A stretch of 64,000 bases of DNA. It comes from Octopus vulgaris. Lineage: Eukaryota. The notes below the pieces were generated by a model. That model saw only the letters and a program-made list of their open reading frames with translations, did no database searches and was not told the DNA's origin. This document shows positions 49,985 through 62,756 of the stretch, in pieces (within the stretch, counting starts at the first letter, position 1; the number at the start of each line of letters is the position of its first letter). The stretch is from NCBI GenBank assembly GCA_951406725.2, contig OX597825.1, positions 70,494,001 through 70,558,000 of the forward strand. The letters run 5' to 3'. The translations under genes were made by a program, and so were the position numbers.

Positions 49985-51350
49985 GTGGCGAAACTATAAA
50001 AAAAGTTGGAGAGGAAGGATATAAGTACCTGGGTATCATTGAAAGAAATAAGATGAATGAACACAAGATGAAATAAATGTACAGGAAAGAGTATTTGAGG
50101 AGAACTTGGCTTGTGCTCCAATCGAAGCTGAATGGCCACTATAAGATTAGAGCAATTAACACGTGGGCTGTTGCTTTGATGAGATATGGGGCAGGATTAG
50201 TATCTTGGAAGAAGAATGAATTACAAGTGATAGACTGGAAAAAACGTAAATTAATGACAATGAACAAGGAACTACACCCGAAAAATGATGTGTCAAGATT
50301 GTATGCTAAGAGGAAAGAAGGGATATGGGGATTAATGCGTTGTGAAGGTTGTGTAAGGGAAGGGGAGAATAGCCTGGCTTGGTCTGTCAAGGGGAGTAAA
50401 GAAGAAATGATTGAAGCAGTGAAAATGCAGGGAACCTTAAAAGTGAATGAAGCCGTAGATCCAACACAATTTAAGAAAGACTAGAAAGAGGAGATGAAGA
50501 AAATTTGGCAGGACAAAAAAATGCAGTCAGTTCTTGAAGAATAAAGATGAGATTGACTGGAATAGAACCTAGCAATGGCTGAAGAAAGGAGACTTAAAAG
50601 GGCCCACTGAAGCATTAGTGTGCAGTGCTCAAGAACAAGCTCTCAGAACAAACTACTCCAAATATCACATTGATAAAAGCACTGACTCACCACATAGCAG
50701 GATATGCTCTGAGAAGGGAGAAAGTATAAGCCATATTGTTGCTGAGTACTGTAAGCTGGCACAATGCAAATACAAAAGGAGACACGACAATGTGGCCAGA
50801 TATGTCCACTGATTGTTGTTCAGTGAAGCAAACCTTGAGAGAGCCAAACAATGGTATGAACACAAGCCAGAGGGAGTAATGGCAAATGGACATTACAAAA
50901 TACTCTGGGATTTTAACATGCTGTGCAATCAAGTCATAGGGGCGAGATGGCCAGATATCGTGATCATCCATAAAGATGAAAAAGAAGCAAAGATAATGGA
51001 TATTGCAATACCATGCGATTCGAGGGTGAAATGTAAGGAAACAGAAAAGATTGAAAAATACCAGCCACTGCGGGACGAGATAGGAAAGTTATGGGGCATG
51101 AGGAAAGTAATGGTGATACCGGTGGTAATTGGAGAATTAGGAACAGTTTCCAAGAGCTTTGAAAACCATATTAAGAATATTGGAGTTGCTGTCAAGCTCG
51201 AGGTGATCCAGAGGACAGCAATGTTGGGTACAGTTCACATTCTAAGGAGAGTATTGTCTCTTTGAGTCACTACTTGAAACCTTTAGTGATTTGTTATTAC
51301 CTACTTTCAAGTAAAGATCAATTACAAATAGTACCGCCAGAATCAAAACA
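49985..51350 (+). mobile_element. Degenerate 5'-truncated non-LTR retrotransposon with restriction-like endonuclease (R4/Dong-like)
   Basis: Broken ORFs 50077-51265: RT thumb region, AQEQAL.T, zinc-knuckle remnant, RRHDNVA, ILWDF, PD..I..K and DIAIP.D..KE.EK..KY. Several stops and frameshifts; ends in an (AAC/AAT)n tract. Confidence 0.88.
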
Positions 51351-52073
51351 ACAACAACAATAATAATTATAATAATAATCTTTTCTACTCTAGGCAAAAG
51401 TCCCAAAAATTTGGTGGGGGGTAGGCGGAGCAGTCGATTAGATCAACCTCAGTACGCAACTGGTACTTTATTGACCCCGAAAGGATGAAAGACAAAGTCA
51501 ACCTTGGCAGAATAATAATAACAATAACAATAATCCTTTCTACTATAGACAAACATCCCAAATTTTAGGGGAGAGGTCTAGTCAACCCCAGTGCACAACT
51601 GGTACTTATTACATCAATCCTGAAAGGAAGAAAGGCAAATTCGGCCTTGGCAGAATTTGAACTCAGAACGTAAAGCCAAAAGAAATGCTGTCAAGCATTT
51701 TCTCCAGCATGCTAACAATTCTGCCATGTAGGTTTGTGGTGACATCCATGCCTTTCCTATAGCCAATACATATGTATGGGAATGACATGAGAACTTGTAG
51801 TGAATTTGACGATGATGATGATGATGACGATGATTGTGGTATGGTGATGACAATGATGACACTGCTGATGATTGTCATGCTTATGATCATGATTATCATG
51901 ATAGTGTTGGTGGTGGTTGAAGGTGATGATAATAGTGATGATGATGATGATGATGATGATGACGACAACACTGACAACAAAGATGATGACAGAAGGTTTC
52001 ACTATTTTCATTTCATTCTTTTTAAAATAAAACACAATAATTAAAATATTCAACTTTTCTAATTCCAGTGTGT

Positions 52074-52127
<54 letters not shown>

Positions 52128-54126
52128 TAGTTGTCTACTCCTTAAGCAGAGTTTAACCCCACCTCCCTGTACCTACTACACCTTAGAACCATCATGGTAT
52201 CTGATGTGGCTTTTCAAACCAGACAGTGTTTTGAAAAGACACCCACATAGATTGCATATCCGATTTGGACCACCAAGAGCTGCAGAGAAGATCTGAACTT
52301 TGAGGATCTTAAAATGTCTTTTGAGGCCTCCGTTAGATTTGATGGAAGGAGTGAGCTGATGTGCGGCAAGAACATTTCATCACTATAAACAATTCATTTG
52401 TGCTGGTCACTTGGCAAAAACTGAATACTCATATGTTGTCTTCAAAAGGGGAGTCCAGCATATATCCTCTTTTCTGTCCATAATGTTTTTGCCCAGTTTT
52501 CATCTATTTTTCCTCTCTCTGTCTAACTTTTAAATATATCTATATATCTATATATATATACACATACACATACACAATATATCATCATCATCATCATCAT
52601 TGTTTAATGTCTGTTTTCCACGCTGGCATGGGTTGGACTGTCCGACTGGGGTCTGGGAAGCCAGATGGCTGCACCAGCCCCCAATCTGATCTGGCAGTGT
52701 TTCTACAGTGGGTGCCCTTCCTAACGCTAACCACTCTGAGAGTGTAGTGGGTACTTTTTAAGTGCCACCGGCACAAGGGGTCAGAGGAGCTGGCATCGAC
52801 CACAATCAGATGGTGCTTTTTACGTGCCACCAGTACGGAAGCCAGTTAAGGCGGCACTAGCATCAGCCACATTCGGATGGTGCTTTTTACATGCTACTGG
52901 CACGGGGCTCACAACTGCAATTTCCATTTGATTTGATTTTGATATTGCTGATGTTGATGTACTTGACTCAGCATCAGCCACATTCGGATGATGCATTTTA
53001 TGTGCCACCAGAAAAGAAGCCAGTCAAGGCAGCACCTGGCATTGCCCACGTTTGATATTTACATATATAAATATATATTGTCAATTATCACTATCATCAT
53101 CATATATATTTTGTTCTTTTCTGTCACACTATGCTTGCATGGCTTCGATGGTTTCTCTCAATGCTCCTTCTTTACTCAACTGACATCCTCCATATGTTTC
53201 ATATTTTCATACGTTTTAAGTCTTCTCTCTTACACATTACATTAATTCCCTTTACAACCAGTTTTTCTCTCAGCTCATTTACGCTCAGTTGTCCAGACAC
53301 ATCCAGTGTAACCGGCTTGCTTCATTTGTGTGCAGCACTTTGCAGAAACACCAAATAATCTACGCTTCACTTAGAGAGAGAATTGCTTTGGAGAAAGTTG
53401 AGAAAATAGCCTTCAGAGTTTTTTTTCCACATCTCCGACACATTTTGCAACTATCATGCAATGCCAAGACAAGGAGACAGTAAAACATGCACACACACAT
53501 ATATACATATGATGGGCTTCTTTAAGTTTCCATCTGCCAAATTCACTCATAAGGCTCTAGCTGGCTTGTGGAGCTATAGTAGAAGACATTTGTCCAAGGT
53601 ACCATGTAGCAGGAGTGAACCAGGAACCATGTGGTTAGGAAACAAACTCCTTACCACACAGCCATGCCTGCATTTTTCACTATTCCAAATCAGATTGGAA
53701 CCTGGTTCAGCTCTCCAATTTCAGTTCAAACCACCTAACCCACACCAGCATGGAAAGCAGATGCTAAATAATGATGATGATGATAATATTATACACACAC
53801 ACATAGCATGATTACTCCGCCACACTCTCTCTCCCCACCTGATATAGACATGTTTTCCCCCCTTATGCAAGACTCCTTTCTCCTGTCACTCAAAACTACT
53901 CCATTCACTTCAGTTGAGGAGTCTTGTCTAAGTTATTAATCAACCTCACTGCTGTTGGTGCCATGTAAAAAGTACCCAGTACACCCTGTAATGTTACTGG
54001 GGTTAGTCAAGGGCATCCAGCCTTAGACACTATGCCAAAGCAGACAGCAAAGTTTGGTTTCTGTCAAACCATCCAATGCATACCAGCATGAAAAGTGGAC
54101 ATCAAATGATGATGATGATGATGATT

Positions 54127-54166
<40 letters not shown>

Positions 54167-54874
54167 TATATGTAAGTATATGTGTGTGTATCTATAAATA
54201 TATATGTAATTATGAGGAGTTGTGGCCAATCTCCAATGACCCAATCACTAGGTCACTATTGACCAACATCTGGTTCCCTTCCGGAATGCTACTGGAAATG
54301 TCTACAGGTACAACAAAATCATTAGATTAATAACCCCGACTGATTACGGCCTTGGAAAGCATTAACAGAATAGAGAAATTAAGTTCTAAAAGACAATCAA
54401 CCACTGGTGTCAACAGAATTAAAGATATCACAGAATTTAGAACGCCATAGAATTTAGGATGCCACGGTTTGAGAATGCCATCATTGTAGATAGAAAAACT
54501 TTAGGAGAAAAAAGATGCATTGATAATAGGTTCATGGTAATGAAACTAAATATTGGTAGGAGAATAGAAAAAAAATAATAATTTGAATGAAAAAACAGTA
54601 AAATAAAAATGAAAACTAATTAATAATATGATATTAGCCAAGAACTCTGACCACTGATCAATCTGAAATATGGACACTGAAATGGTAATTAGTATCTAAA
54701 AAATAATATTATTATTTACTAAGTATTAACTATTTACGAGAAAAAAGAACATGTTTATCATACGTGCTTTGTTTTATGAAAAATCTTCTCTAACACACAA
54801 ACAATAATTTAAAAATATATTTCGAAATATACATTAAGCAATATTTCTATCAATAAATGATAACGATGACTCAC

Positions 54875-55049
54875 CTCCCATTATATTCTTGAAATGTTTC
54901 CGGGCACGACGGAATGGGCTGATGTTGATGACAGACTTTTCTCCACCGCCTTCAGTTGATTGTTTTTCGTACACAAACATGGAAGCGCGTTCATTATTAC
55001 CTTGCTTCTCAGGTGATATTAGCGGAAATAGTGCTGATGACGATAACTC
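54875..55049 (-). CDS. MYO9: Myosin-IX tail exon (ELSSSALFPLISPEKQGNNERASMFVYEKQSTEGGGEKSVINISPFRRARKHFKNIMG)
   Basis: aag| and |gtgag, 175 nt, phase 0 to 1, joining the 23908 exon in frame. GC-richer coding-like island. Confidence 0.82.
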
Positions 55050-55842
55050 CTTTAAAAATGCAACGTATACTAATTAATTAATTGAAAGTCAATTAGATCA
55101 ATAAATAAATAAATAAATAACTCATTGAAAATAAATGAGAAAATGAGCTTTAAAAGTCAGTTCAAAAAAACAAATTCGTTAAAATCATAACGAGATATCT
55201 AACTGGAGAATGAAGAATATGTACATTTAAAACAATTATATTAAGTGTGTAATAGACATCCAGCACTAGTTTTGGGAGTGAAAGCTAACAAACCTAACTC
55301 AATCTTACTTGAAGCAGGAATAAATGACATCAACAATTAGAAATGCAAAACTTTGAAAATTTATTCAAGTATATTATTTACTGCAATCTTAAATCCACCC
55401 CCCACCAAATTTTTCAATCAATTCAAAGATGTCTCTAGCAAACAGCAATCAAGAGAACAAAATAACAGATGACCTGAATAGACAACTTCTACATGAAGTG
55501 TCACAGTCTGCTAAAAATAGCAACCACGGAAACTGGGAAACCGACCCTTATGAGCCAGGCATGACTCAAGAAGGAACAAACAATATATATATATATTAAA
55601 GGTATTTTTAATATGCTGGCCATTGATAAAAAATTCTATCCTATATTAGATGTTAATTTAATAGTGTTCACTTCCAGACTCTCTCGCTTTACGAGAGCTT
55701 TTCGGTTCGAATCGCACGTGTCTCGAGGTGTGCTAGAGAATTTCTATTTTGGATATATTTGTGGTACTTAATTGTACTCGTGGCTTAGTGCTCGCTTCTT
55801 CCATGGGTATAAGTAAGTATTTCACTTATTTATTCACCGCAT

Positions 55843-55903
55843 TTATCACTGATGAAGAGAAGGTTCTTATGAACTAACTCTGAAATCGGGTCCGATATGG
55901 TAA
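55843..55903 (+). ncRNA. Complete canonical type I hammerhead motif in a TA-flanked element (about 55597-56044)
   Basis: TTATCA-CTGATGA-AGAG-aa-GGTTC-ttat-GAACT-aa-CTCT-GAAA-TCGG-gt-CCGA-TA-TGGTAA. All three stems pair; predicted cleavage after 55897. Confidence 0.8.
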
Positions 55904-56039
55904 TAACGGAATTTTTTAGAAACTTCTGTCGGCTTTCTTTGAAACACGTGCTTGTAGTGACAAATTACATGGTTATTGATGTAGCGTCTATTTTCGGCAT
56001 ATTTTGGCATTAGAAATTTTTTCTTTTGCCCTTACTTAT

Positions 56040-56097
<58 letters not shown>

Positions 56098-56832
56098 ACC
56101 TTGTCTCCAAGTGTTCATATCTAAATTAAAATATATCATCTTACTATTTCTTAATTATTTTCAAAATTTCTAACAATAAGGACATAACATTACTTCAATA
56201 GAAATACTATAAAAGAGATGATTACACAACTACTATGTACAGTCTATTTGTTGATAGAGCTATGGGCTCAACACCACGATGGTGATAGCTGTGAGATTTG
56301 AACGTGTAACAATATGACCGCTAGTTTATATTCTTAATTTCACAGCCCACTGGGCCTAATTTTCTCCATTTAATGTCAGCTGAAACATCCTTTTATTTTT
56401 TATCTGCTCTAATTAGAGAGGCTTGTAAAATCAGCCTCTTACTAGGACTAACTGTATTTACTGTATTTGATGGCATAAAAGATGCACCCTAATTTCAGCA
56501 GAGAATATTCAAAAACAAAGAGATAAAATTAATGCATTAAAGTATGCAATATAGGCCCAACTTTGCATATAGGAACAGGGGTTAATTTTTGAGACATTCT
56601 TTTGGGGGGGGGGGTTAAAAAAAATGTGTTAGTGTGTCTCATATGCTATCAAATATTGTAATTGCTCAACTACACTGAAAGGAAGTTATACCCATCTTGA
56701 CACAGTTCTACAAATCTACCTGGTTAACAACTGACCACAATTAATAGAAACTCCACAAATACATAATTAAACTCAAAATGAATGGGTCATTCTAACACTG
56801 TAATACTCTTTATAGTTTTATAGTTTCCTAAC

Positions 56833-56859
56833 TGTTCTTTTGTCTTCTTTTATGATACT
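56833..56859 (-). CDS. MYO9: Candidate 27-nt microexon of MYO9 (SIIKEDKRT)
   Basis: U-rich tract plus atatcag| acceptor and |gttagg donor. 27 nt, open in phase 0, matching the phase-0 acceptor at 55049. Confidence 0.35.
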
Positions 56860-57165
56860 CTGATATACATTTTTTTTTTAAAGACCAGAAAAAAATAATT
56901 GAAAAAATATTAAAAAAACTCAAACCACACCATTTACAATAAGAAAATAAAAGAACAACAACAATAACAACAGCAGACAAGATCAACAACAGCAAGATCA
57001 ATAAGTATTTCATACAAAGTGATGCAAAGTAAGGAACAACAAGAGACCATGCAAAACTGGAAGCTTGGCATTAAACATAAGCCAAAATGTAAAAAGGTAT
57101 AAATTATCACAGAAGAAAGATAAGAATGCCTATATCATTGATGAGACAGATAAATAAATAAATAA

Positions 57166-57204
<39 letters not shown>

Positions 57205-57212
57205 CATATATA

Positions 57213-57443
57213 TACTGTTGTGTCTGGGGAGAGTCATTTTCTTTTTGTGCCTTATAATGTAACACACTCACCGGTAAAATTTCCACTTTTTAGGGAAATA
57301 AAAATAAGAAAAAAGTGGAAATTTTACCGGTGAGTGTGTTACATTATAAGGCCCAAAAAGAGAATGACTCTCCCCAGATACAACAGAATATGCTTCAACA
57401 CACAAACTCATATAAAGAATCTTGCAAACCAAATCCAAAAACG
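57213..57443. mobile_element. Fold-back repeat, same family as 21957-22249, TA-flanked
   Basis: Inverted arms about 57213-57291 and 57309-57388, followed by the shared family tail gcaaaccaaatccaaaaa. Confidence 0.8.
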
Positions 57444-57452
57444 ATATATATA

Positions 57453-57486
<34 letters not shown>

Positions 57487-59688
57487 CATACACACACAGA
57501 TGGGGGAGGGCAGAGATTATAGATTTAGGTAGGAGCAAAAACAGCTGACAATGAAATTGTAATAGAGAATTCTAAAAGGCCAGAATGAATTTATTGGAAG
57601 CCATGTCCGAGCAAAAGTCCGCAAGAAACTACCAAACAGAAAGGATTCTGGAAAGAAGTAATAATCTAAAACATACATCATCATCACCATCATCACCATC
57701 ATCATCATCATCATCATTAATGTCCCCTTTTTCATGCTTGCATGGGTCAGACAGAATTTTGCTGAGGCAGATTTTCTGTGGCCAGATGCTCTTCCTGTTG
57801 CTAACCCTTCCCTATTTCCAAGCAAGGTACTCTCTCCCTATGGCCAGACATGTTTTTCCACAGAAGACTGGAAAGAAACAACACCACTTGTGTGATGGTG
57901 ACACTCATTTACAGCTATCACATTGTGGCTAGACAAAGGTGTACACACACACATCGGAATGACTGTTCTGGTTGCAGATATTGCATTTATAGGTGCTGTC
58001 TGCCATCCATGTCTTGATGCAGTTTCCTCTCGTTTTTCTTTTTTAGATGGGAACACTTTTCTTCAGCAGTAACCCCACTGCCTCTTTCTCTTTCACCTCT
58101 CATCTTTATAAAACTCTGCCTAGTTCTAGTCTCCAGTGGCAGTAATGGTTTTCACTGTCCTTCTGCCACACACAAACGCACACTATATATAAGAATCCAT
58201 CACTCTTCTAAGACCTGTATCTAGAAAGACTTGTTTCAGGCTTGTTGGTATAGTAACATCTGCTGTAGCTGTAGAGACCTACATCAGAATGAGTCCTGGT
58301 TGCAAGGACTGCATTTGTAGGTGCTGTCTGCCATCCATGTCTTGATGCAGTTTTCTCTTGATTTTGGGGGGTTTTTTGTGAGGGTTTTTATTTATTTTTT
58401 TGGGGGAGTGAAGAGGGGACTTTTTTTCAGCAGTAACCCCCATTGCCTCTCTCTCTCTCTCCCCTCTCATCTTTTTAAAGTCCTGCCACACACACAGATA
58501 TCAATATAATTATTCACTGCACTTGAGTAGAAAAGAAGGAAAAAGAAAAGCATAGAACTTCATTCACACACACACATACACACAACCACAAACATATTGT
58601 TTGTGTATAATAAACAATGATTTGCAGCAAAGCATAACAAACAGAGCTAGCAGAACACGGACAGAAGAAAGGAGCAGAATGGAGAGGAGGGGGAGGGGGC
58701 CACACAGCATGAAAAAAAAAAAAAAATTCCGCAGAAATAAACACCTACATCTTCATAATAAAGACCATGGATGTTCTAAAAGACAAAAAGAGGAAATCAT
58801 AGACTTAATTAATAAAGGGGGAAAAAAAGAGAAAAAGAAAAGGAATTTGATAAGAAACAAACAAAAAATACAAATAAGAGGAAAAAGATGAAAATAAAGT
58901 AGAAGATAAAAAAAAACAAAAAAAAACAGTACCTGTTCAACCAAGAGTTATGTAGAACTAAGGATTTTTGCAATAAGAACGGAGAAGGGGAAGGGGTGAA
59001 TTAAAACTAGTTCTTACCAAACTACAGTTCATTTAATTATTTAATACTAACTGATAATGAAAATTTACTGAACCTTTATAATAATAATAATAATAATGAT
59101 GATGATGATAATGATAATCCTTTCTACTGAAATCACAAGTCCTCAAATTTGGGGGAAGGGATTAAGTTGATTACATTGACCCCCAGTGTATAACTGGTAC
59201 TTATTTAATCGACCCCGAAAGGATGAAAGGTAAAGTGGAGCTCAATGGGAAAACATCGACCCCAGTGTTCAACTGGTACTTCTTTTATTGATCCCAGAAG
59301 GATGATATGCAAAGTCGACCTCAGCAGGATTTGAACTCAGAATGTAAAGAGCCAGAACAAATACTGTTGGACATTTCTTTTTCCAATGGCCGAACAATTC
59401 TGCCAAGTCTCCAGCTTTAGCAAGGCTAACAATCTGTTGAGGTGAAGGTGGTAGTTGATGAAACTGACCAATGTACTTGAGCTCTCCTTTATTCTATCAC
59501 CCACCAACCCAACCACACACACAAAAAAAAAAACAGATTAAAAAAAAAGTCTACCTCAGTGAGATTTGAACTCAGAAAGTAAAAAAGCCAAACAAACTAC
59601 TGCAAGGTATTTAATTAATCCATAACAGTTATAATTTCTAACATCGGCAGAAAGCCACATATTATGGAGAGGAAAGGGTACAGACAAC

Positions 59689-59916
59689 TTAACCCTTTCG
59701 TTACCAATCCGGTTGAAACCGGCTCTGGTTCTGAGTATAAATGTCTAGTTTTCAGAAGTTTTGAATTAAAATCTTCCACCAAACCTTAGTTACAGTTTAT
59801 CTTCCTAACACTAGTTGAATGACAACCAAGTTATTTTACTAAATTTTTTGTTATATTTAAAGTAATTGGAAGAAACACAGAGCATCTCAAAATAAATACA
59901 GCAACGAAAGGGTTAA
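59689..59916. mobile_element. Same piggyBac-type MITE, opposite orientation
   Basis: TTAA-flanked reverse complement of 9629-9856. Confidence 0.85.
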
Positions 59917-61203
59917 AAAGACTTTTGTACTTCAATGGTGTTTTATGTTAACGACAATGGGTAAGATGAAAGCTGAAAACCAAAGTGAACTTCAATAAGT
60001 CTTGAACTTGAAATATAAAGGATCGAAACTAAATATTGCTAGACATTTTATCTAATGATCTACCAATTTTGCTAGATACCTAATAGCTAAAATAAAAATA
60101 AAAATTTTAATGTCTACTAATTTACTAAAATTAGTGTAGCTTAGAGTTTGGCAAGTCTATTATGAAAGACAGGCATAACAATGTTAAGTTAAATGAAATA
60201 TCACACTATTTGATATGAAATATATACAAAGGTTGAAAGATCAACCAAAGATGTAGTCTCATGATAAAATGAAGTAAAGAATAGATGTATGTATGTATGT
60301 ACACACATACATGTATATTGATGTAAATTGGAATGAGCAAGAATACCTTGTGGTATTTACTGACAGAGTTAGCTCCCCTTTACACCACAAGACAAAAATT
60401 AACTCGGTCAGTACAACAAACATTACTAAAATAAGTACTAAACAAAATAATCAATATTAAGAAAAATGAATAAAGAAATAAGTCCTTTGAAGAAAGAGCT
60501 CCAGCATGGCCACAGCTGAATGATCAAATGCCAGTAAAAGAAACAATTAAAAAAAAAGGAAATAACAGCTGTCATGCAAAATAATAACAGGTGCAATAGA
60601 AAAATAGTTTATTAGTGATACCTGAGAAAGAACCAAGGTAAAAACCAGACATACAATACTACTAAAACACACAGCAGCCTTATGACAGAAAATGTGATAA
60701 CATTAATATGCTATATTTTGATAATATCACCAAAAATGTACAACACCCCTAAAAACACACAGCAGTACCATACAATAAATAAGGTATCATATATTCAGAT
60801 GTTATCACTAACATCAGGGAATTGGGTTTTAAGTTTTGGTTATAAACAAAAGGGAAGAAAAAGGTGTAGCCATTTCATTTTCATAAGGGTCACTTTACAT
60901 GAGCTCGGGGTTTTGAAAGGGGGAAAATTCCTTATTTAGGATCAAGGTTTTTTAATGGTAAAGAATGGATTTCTTGACCAAGCTCCAAGGCCTTTGATTA
61001 AATAGTGGTAGATTCATATGAAAGGGGACAGGAAAAGGGGATTGCGTAACAAGCATGCCTTTTCACATGGCTGTTAGTTTAACAATGTGAATGAGGTGAA
61101 ATAACTACAACCAAGGATGAAAAACCAGGTAAGAGATTTAGTTCACCAGGAGCATATATCTATTCAACAGTGATTGCTGCTGAGAAAAATAAGATTAATA
61201 ACA

Positions 61204-61694
61204 TTAACCCTTTTGATACTAACCTGCCTGAAACTGACCCTGATTCTGTAATACAAACTTCTAGTTTTAAAGAGATCATCATCATCACCATCATCATTGT
61301 TTAATGTCTGCTTTCCATGCTGGCATGGAATGGACAGTTTGACTGAGGACTGGTAAGCCGGGAGGCTGCACCAGGCTCCAGTCTGATCTGGCAAGGTTTC
61401 TACAGCTGGATGCCCTTCATAACGCCAACCACTCCAAGAGTGTAGTGGGTGCTTTTTAGATGCCACCGGCATGGGAGCCAGTCAAAGCACTGGCAACGAC
61501 CCCACTTGAATAGTGCTTTTTACATGACACTGACACAAGGAACCAGTCAGGCAGCACTGACATCGCCAAAAGTCTTCCATCAAAATTTTAAGCTAATTTA
61601 TGTACTAAAACCCAACTTAATAATGGCAAAGTTATTTTATTAAATTCTTCATTACTTTCAAAATCAATTGAAATATGGTAAATAAAAGGGTTAA
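61204..61694. mobile_element. Diverged piggyBac-type MITE interrupted by a SINE-like repeat (about 61276-61570)
   Basis: ttaaccct...agggttaa ends; internal halves match the MITE family. Confidence 0.7.
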
Positions 61695-62359
61695 GTTTGT
61701 GATGACAAAATGTCACCAAGATTTATAGGGAGGCAAGAACTGTGTGATGATGAGACCATGTTAGATTTATTCATTTCATAACAAGTCTCAAATGAATAAT
61801 GAGCAAACCTCAAAGTAAACTGAAATGATTGAAGATCACAAGACAGAAATAAAGGGTGAGTTTGCAAGAATTTAGGCTAGCAATCCCTGCTCTATGAATT
61901 ATGTTTAAAAAAAAAAGCGAAAAGATTAGCTCCTGGTGAGGTTTAAAACCAATGTTAATGGCTAAATCCTAAAGATTTAGTGAAATTAAAACAAGGCGCT
62001 GTGAGTCTGTTTTAATTGAAATTCAAAAGAATATAACAATAAATTATATGTATATATGTGTGTGTGTGTGTTTATATAAATAAATGAGGTGTTAAGCAGT
62101 GTGTGTTTTTTTCCCCTTTTTTTTATGCTGTAATGTACTTCAGATGATGAAATCTCCAATTTCAGCTGACACAGAGTTTGTGAATTGAACCAAGTTAAAC
62201 ACACAAGACAACTGAAAACATCCTTTCACAACTGTCCTCTGTATTTAACCCACTTATATAACACATGCAGTGCCAGCTAAAATCTTGTATATTTACCCAA
62301 AGGTACATCATAACATATGTTTCAATACAATATATACATATACATATATATACATACAC

Positions 62360-62398
<39 letters not shown>

Positions 62399-62642
62399 TA
62401 CATACATATATACATACACAGATTTCTAAAGATACATTGGCAATTTATTTTTTTTAAGACATACATTCTGTGCTAAACAACAACAACAACCAAACAATAT
62501 TATAATAACAATAATAACAATAATTAATAATAAGAAAAATAATATGAATAATAATAATAATGATTAAAAACATTACAGGTTGCACCATCACCAAATGTAC
62601 ACTGACTGGATATTAAAGAAATCTAAGATGCATGGCATTTAC

Positions 62643-62756
62643 TTGATTTGGACCTACTCGAGAATGCTTTAATCCATGGTGCTGTAATGGCAGCAAAATG
62701 GTCAACAGCAAAGGTGCGTCATAGGGCAAAGAGTACGATCCACTGGGAGAAGATGT
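62643..62756 (-). CDS. MYO9: Probable MYO9 tail exon (TSSPSGSYSLPYDAPLLLTILLPLQHHGLKHSRVGPNQ); gene continues beyond the right edge
   Basis: Pyrimidine tract plus ggcag| and |gtaaat, 114 nt, phase 0 to 0. Frame 0 is the only open frame. Confidence 0.6.
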
